Assembly: GCA_032718475.1 (NCBI GenBank)
Contig: JAUCBJ010004560.1
Span: forward strand, 1 to 37,197
Source of the DNA: Nemertoderma westbladi
Taxonomy: Eukaryota; Animalia; Xenacoelomorpha
Direction of reading: 5' to 3'
Length of the DNA stretch: 37,197 nucleotides
Below the pieces are notes generated by a model that made no database searches, was not told the DNA's origin, and saw nothing but the letters and a program-made list of their open reading frames with translations. Of this stretch, positions 33,309 through 37,197 are shown piece by piece (the stretch's first letter is position 1; the number at the start of each line of letters is the position of its first letter). The position numbers and the translations under genes were made by a program.

Positions 33309-33574
33309 GTTCTTCGGCTTCGCATAGAGGTAAATATAATAGCAGACAGTCTGTGTACTTCACATGGGCCCGGTGGGTAACGGTAGGCATAGCCTAATCA
33401 ATCTGCCAATGTATTTCAGTACCAGACCAGTCTGCCGCACTAGCCTATCACTATCGATAGTTTATTTCAGTCCCTGACTAGGATTTGGTTTTATGTTTGG
33501 GTTAGGGTTAGTTCGTATGACCAAAACCATAATTCCACTCATTATGATGACGTAATCCCTCACTGTGATTTGTA

Positions 33575-34590
33575 ATCGGCCGTACCCGTACGACAGCCGT
33601 ACGGTAAGAAATTGTGATGTTTGTCAGTTCAGCAGCCGTCAGGCGGCCGTACGGTATGTTTGATATGCGGTACTGCAATAGACTATACGGTCGTAAAACA
33701 ACTGCAGATTCCGAAAGCCAATATATGTACTGCACGCTGGTCGCCGGAGGGTCACATTCAGGCGAGGCGAGGTACCTCACGCCGTACTGTCAGGTTGAGA
33801 TCACCGTACGACAGCCGTATATAATGTACGATAATGAAAACGCACTTTTGCTTTTGTCTTCACCACATAAAATATATCACACAACGCTGTCCACTTGCCC
33901 TTACAATCATTTAAAACAATTGCTGGAATCTCCTTTCGAACAGTTTTTCTTTCTTACGCTATCATTGTATTCTATATAATTCATAAAATTAATAAAAAAT
34001 CCATAAAAAAATACTGTTTGTTGGTGGCCCATCAGTATGAATCCATAGAAATGTAGGCTACAGTATATCATCTCACCAGCCCATCAGTATCACTTCCAAT
34101 TTAGAATATTGCAAGTGATACTGCGGATGATGGGCTGGTAAAATGATATACATTTCTATGGAGTGATACTGATGTGCCACCAACAAACAGTATTTTTTTT
34201 TACAAGTGAATTGTTTTGTAAAAATTATTTTGTTTGAATTTTTTTAAATTTTTTTTATTTATTATTTTTATTTATTTTTTTATTTTTTTTATTTAATTTA
34301 ATTGGTATTTTTGTTTGATACTCATGGGCCATCATACACTAGTATTTCGGACTGTTGTTCTTGTTTCACATAAAGTTTATTATAATTATAAGCCTTTCAC
34401 AATGCAAAAAGTTGTACCCAGTGCCGTATACGGAAACCTGATAGAATATAAATGTTTTATCTTCGATTGTACAGCTTTTTGCATTGTGAAAATCGAATAG
34501 AAATGTTTTCTAGATCCGGCCGGCGTACGTCATCGTACGGCCAAAGGATGAGGCCGTACGTTGACCTTACGGCCGAGTATAAATGGGCCT
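33575..34590. mobile_element. Degenerate DNA element rich in GCCGTACG motifs, carrying a nested palindrome
   Basis: TCGGCCGTA at the left is inverted to TACGGCCGA at the right. Right end GAGTATAAATGGGCCT|TAA is Harbinger-like; the left outer TIR was not found. Confidence 0.5.
34004..34202. mobile_element. Near-perfect ~200-bp palindrome (foldback MITE)
   Basis: AAAAAAATACTGTTTGTTGGTGGC...CCAGCCCATCAGTATCACTT is mirrored in the right arm around a ~16-nt loop. Confidence 0.9.
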
Positions 34591-34829
34591 TAATAGTCTA
34601 TCTTTTAGGGTTTACTGGACCTGGGGCCTCTAACATGATATTATACATTTATAGGAAGGGAACTAGGGGTCATAACCTCGAATGATAAGTTTATTTTACC
34701 GAAAATAACGTATATTTTATTGGCGCAATTGTAGGACTAATCCCATCACATGCGTACTTTTTTTATAACCGGGTAGGGTACAAATTTAGGAATCGCGTAA
34801 TTTTTATTCAAAATAATATCTCATATCTC

Positions 34830-34881
34830 TCCAAACCACGTACGCGTTTCGACCTTACTGGGTCTCTTCAGCGTGGTCGGA
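34830..34881 (-). ncRNA. Minimal type I hammerhead ribozyme
   Basis: Minus strand: UCCGACCACG-CUGAAGA-GACC cagUaa GGUC-GAAA-CGCG-UA^CGUGGUUUGGA. Complete catalytic core, 4-bp stem II, stem I of 7 bp extendable to 10, palindromic minimal stem III (ACGCGU). Confidence 0.88.
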
Positions 34882-34945
34882 TTCGAACCTGGGACCTCGA
34901 GGTGGAAGACGAGACAACAACGTTGTTACTAACATTATATCCCCC
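34879..34945 (-). promoter_or_regulatory. tRNA-derived Pol III internal promoter (perfect B box, degenerate A box) heading the hammerhead
   Basis: GGTTCGAATCC at 34879-34889 (minus), preceded by GAGGTC and a CTTCCAC anticodon-like loop in a CTCG/CGAG stem. Resembles the SINE head at 2802. Confidence 0.7.
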
Positions 34946-35024
34946 ACAACAAACTTACCCAGCGCTCGTGCCTCGTGGTGCTACGCACGCGGCGTCGTAA
35001 ATTATGTTCGCACGTCGCTACACA

Positions 35025-35097
35025 GCCCGGTTAGCTCAGCTGGTAGAGCGTGGGACTTTTAATCCTAAGGTCAAGGGTTCAATCCCCTTATCGGGCG
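35025..35097 (+). tRNA. trnK-UUU: tRNA-Lys (UUU)
   Basis: Identical in sequence to the minus-strand copy at 32746-32818; T4 at about 35109. Confidence 0.96.
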
Positions 35098-35365
35098 TTT
35101 ATTGTGTCTTTTGGAAGGGTTTAACTGTGGAAGATTTTTCCATATAGATTTACTGACCTCAAAAGCCTTTGTTACCAAAAAATGATATTGTGTCTTTTGG
35201 AAGGGTTTAACTGTGGAAGATCACCCATGGTGGGGTGGTAAACCGGCATTCCTTTGATTAACGAGTCTAAAAGATTCTCCCATAATTATTTTGCCTGACT
35301 TTTTGATTTGTAAAATATATGTCAAACATATAATGCCGATCACGTCCAATTTCCTAACACTGGAT

Positions 35366-36457
35366 TTTACATCCAGTAGCAACAAGGCAACTAACTACGT
35401 AGGTAGCGTAGGCCTACTTTACATACAGTAGCAACAAGGCAACTAACTACGTAGGTGGCGTAGGCCTACTTTACATCCAGTAGCAACAAGGCAACTAACT
35501 ACGTAGGTAGCGTAGGCCCACTTTACATACAGTAGCAACAAGGCAACTAACTACGTAGGTAGCGTAGGCCCACTTTACATACAGTAGCAACAAGGCAACT
35601 AACTACGTAGGTAGCGTAGGCCTACTTTACATACAGTAGCAACAAGGCAACTAACTACGTAGGTAGCGTAGGCCTACTTTACATACAGTAGCAACAAGGC
35701 AACTAACTACGTAGGTAGCGTAGGCCTACTTTACATACAGTAGCAACAAGGCAACTAACTACGTAGGTAGCGTAGGCCCACTTTACATACAGTAGCAACA
35801 AGGCAACTAACTACGTAGGTAGCGTAGGCCCACTTTACATACAGTAGCAACAAGGCAACTAACTACGTAGGTAGCGTAGGCCTACTTTACATACAGTAGC
35901 AACAAGGCAACTAACTACGTAGGTGGCGTAGGCCTACTTTACATACAGTAGCAACAAGGCAACTAACTACGTAGGTAGCGTAGGCCTACTTTACATACAG
36001 TAGCAACAAGGCAACTAACTACGTAGGTAGCGTAGGCCCACTTTACATACAGTAGCAACAAGGCAACTAACTACGTAGGTAGCGTAGGCCCACTTTACAT
36101 ACAGTAGCAACAAGGCAACTAACTACGTAGGTGGCGTAGGCCTACTTTACATCCAGTAGCAACAAGGCAACTAACTACGTAGGTAGCGTAGGCCTACTTT
36201 ACATACAGTAGCAACAAGGCAACTAACTACGTAGGTAGCGTAGGCCCACTTTACATACAGTAGCAACAAGGCAACTAACTACGTAGGTGGCGTAGGCCTA
36301 CTTTACATACAGTAGCAACAAGGCAACTAACTACGTAGGTAGCGTAGGCCCACTTTACATACAGTAGCAACAAGGCAACTAACTACGTAGGTAGCGTAGG
36401 CCTACTTTACATCCAGTAGCAACAAGGCAACTAACTACGTAGGTAGCGTAGGCCTAC
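35366..36457. repeat. 52-bp minisatellite, 21 units
   Basis: Unit TTTACATMCAGTAGCAACAAGGCAACTAACTACGTAGGTRGCGTAGGCCYAC; 1092 bp = 21 x 52; only three variable positions. Confidence 0.97.
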
Positions 36458-37197
36458 TTTTTATTTAAAAACTTTATTCTCTTTAATAATTAATTGTGTG
36501 TATGTTTATATCACCTTTTCCATATAGATTTACTGACCTAAAAAGCCCTTGTTACCAAAAAATGACCGGTTATAAATATCGTAAACTATTGTGACTTTTA
36601 AATTAAGCCAAATATGTAATTTACTGTACACCCAATAATTAGTGGAAATTCTTAACATTGGTGGAAATTATTATACATGTCCGTATTATATCTATAGGCC
36701 TAGTGTAATTGTATTCATAAATTGTTCCTTTCTTGGCAATCCCCAAAATTGGTAGAAAAGGAGTAGACCTACTTTTTTCCTTTGAGAAAAAAGTAAACCA
36801 TAGGTTTGCATTGACATGACTTTTTTCCCAGCGAAAAAGCAACATAAGAAAATGTGAAAGCCATTTTTGTGGATTTTTTAAAATTACTCCAATTAATTAA
36901 AATAAATAATTAAATTAAATTATTAATACATGTGTTGAAAGAGCATGTAAATAGAAAAATGTTTGAACTTGTAATTTGAGTAAAATCCATGCATACACTC
37001 AAAAGTTATCACAACTTTAGTGTCTTCAAGGCGCAGGCCTACTCCAAAATACTGTATACAGTAACTTCATATCCAATATTGGTCTTACAAAATGTAGTTG
37101 AGCTGCCCTCCTACTTTCGTCATAAATATTTCAAACACTAAATTATTTAACATTTTGAAAGGCCGCATCTGTCAGTTGAAGAGTACAATACTGCATT

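Noticed and set aside
35366-36457. CRISPR-like array (also 1-383 and 14760-14880)
   Set aside because: Head-to-tail repeats without unique spacers, no cas genes, eukaryotic context.

Overview
Repeat-rich, AT-rich eukaryotic genomic DNA, most likely from an invertebrate animal; the species cannot be identified from the sequence. It holds four apparently intact host genes whose coding regions are all uninterrupted: a PLPP4/5-type phospholipid phosphatase (3996-4892 +), ANKLE2 with three coding minisatellites (10271-12802 +), an Orai Ca2+ channel (19502-20185 -) and a DNAJB6/8-type J-protein (26562-27443 +). There are also two identical, divergent tRNA-Lys(UUU) genes. Mobile DNA includes a 5'-truncated Gypsy element (integrase, PPT, 3' LTR), an internally deleted piggyBac with TTAA TSDs, a decayed RTE-like LINE, a 2.3 kb TIR element, several MITEs, Helentron/HINE-like ends, a tRNA-derived SINE head and tandem repeats of 17, 20 and 52 bp. 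Most notable: (1) a minimal type I hammerhead ribozyme fused directly behind a tRNA-like Pol III promoter and followed by a T4 run (about 34810-34945, minus); (2) very frequent TA-(3-4 nt)-TA motifs resembling transposon excision footprints, clustered upstream of genes, with one case confirmed as an insertion by comparing the two arms of a palindrome; (3) lack of coding introns in four normally intron-containing genes. All calls are by eye and no searches were run.
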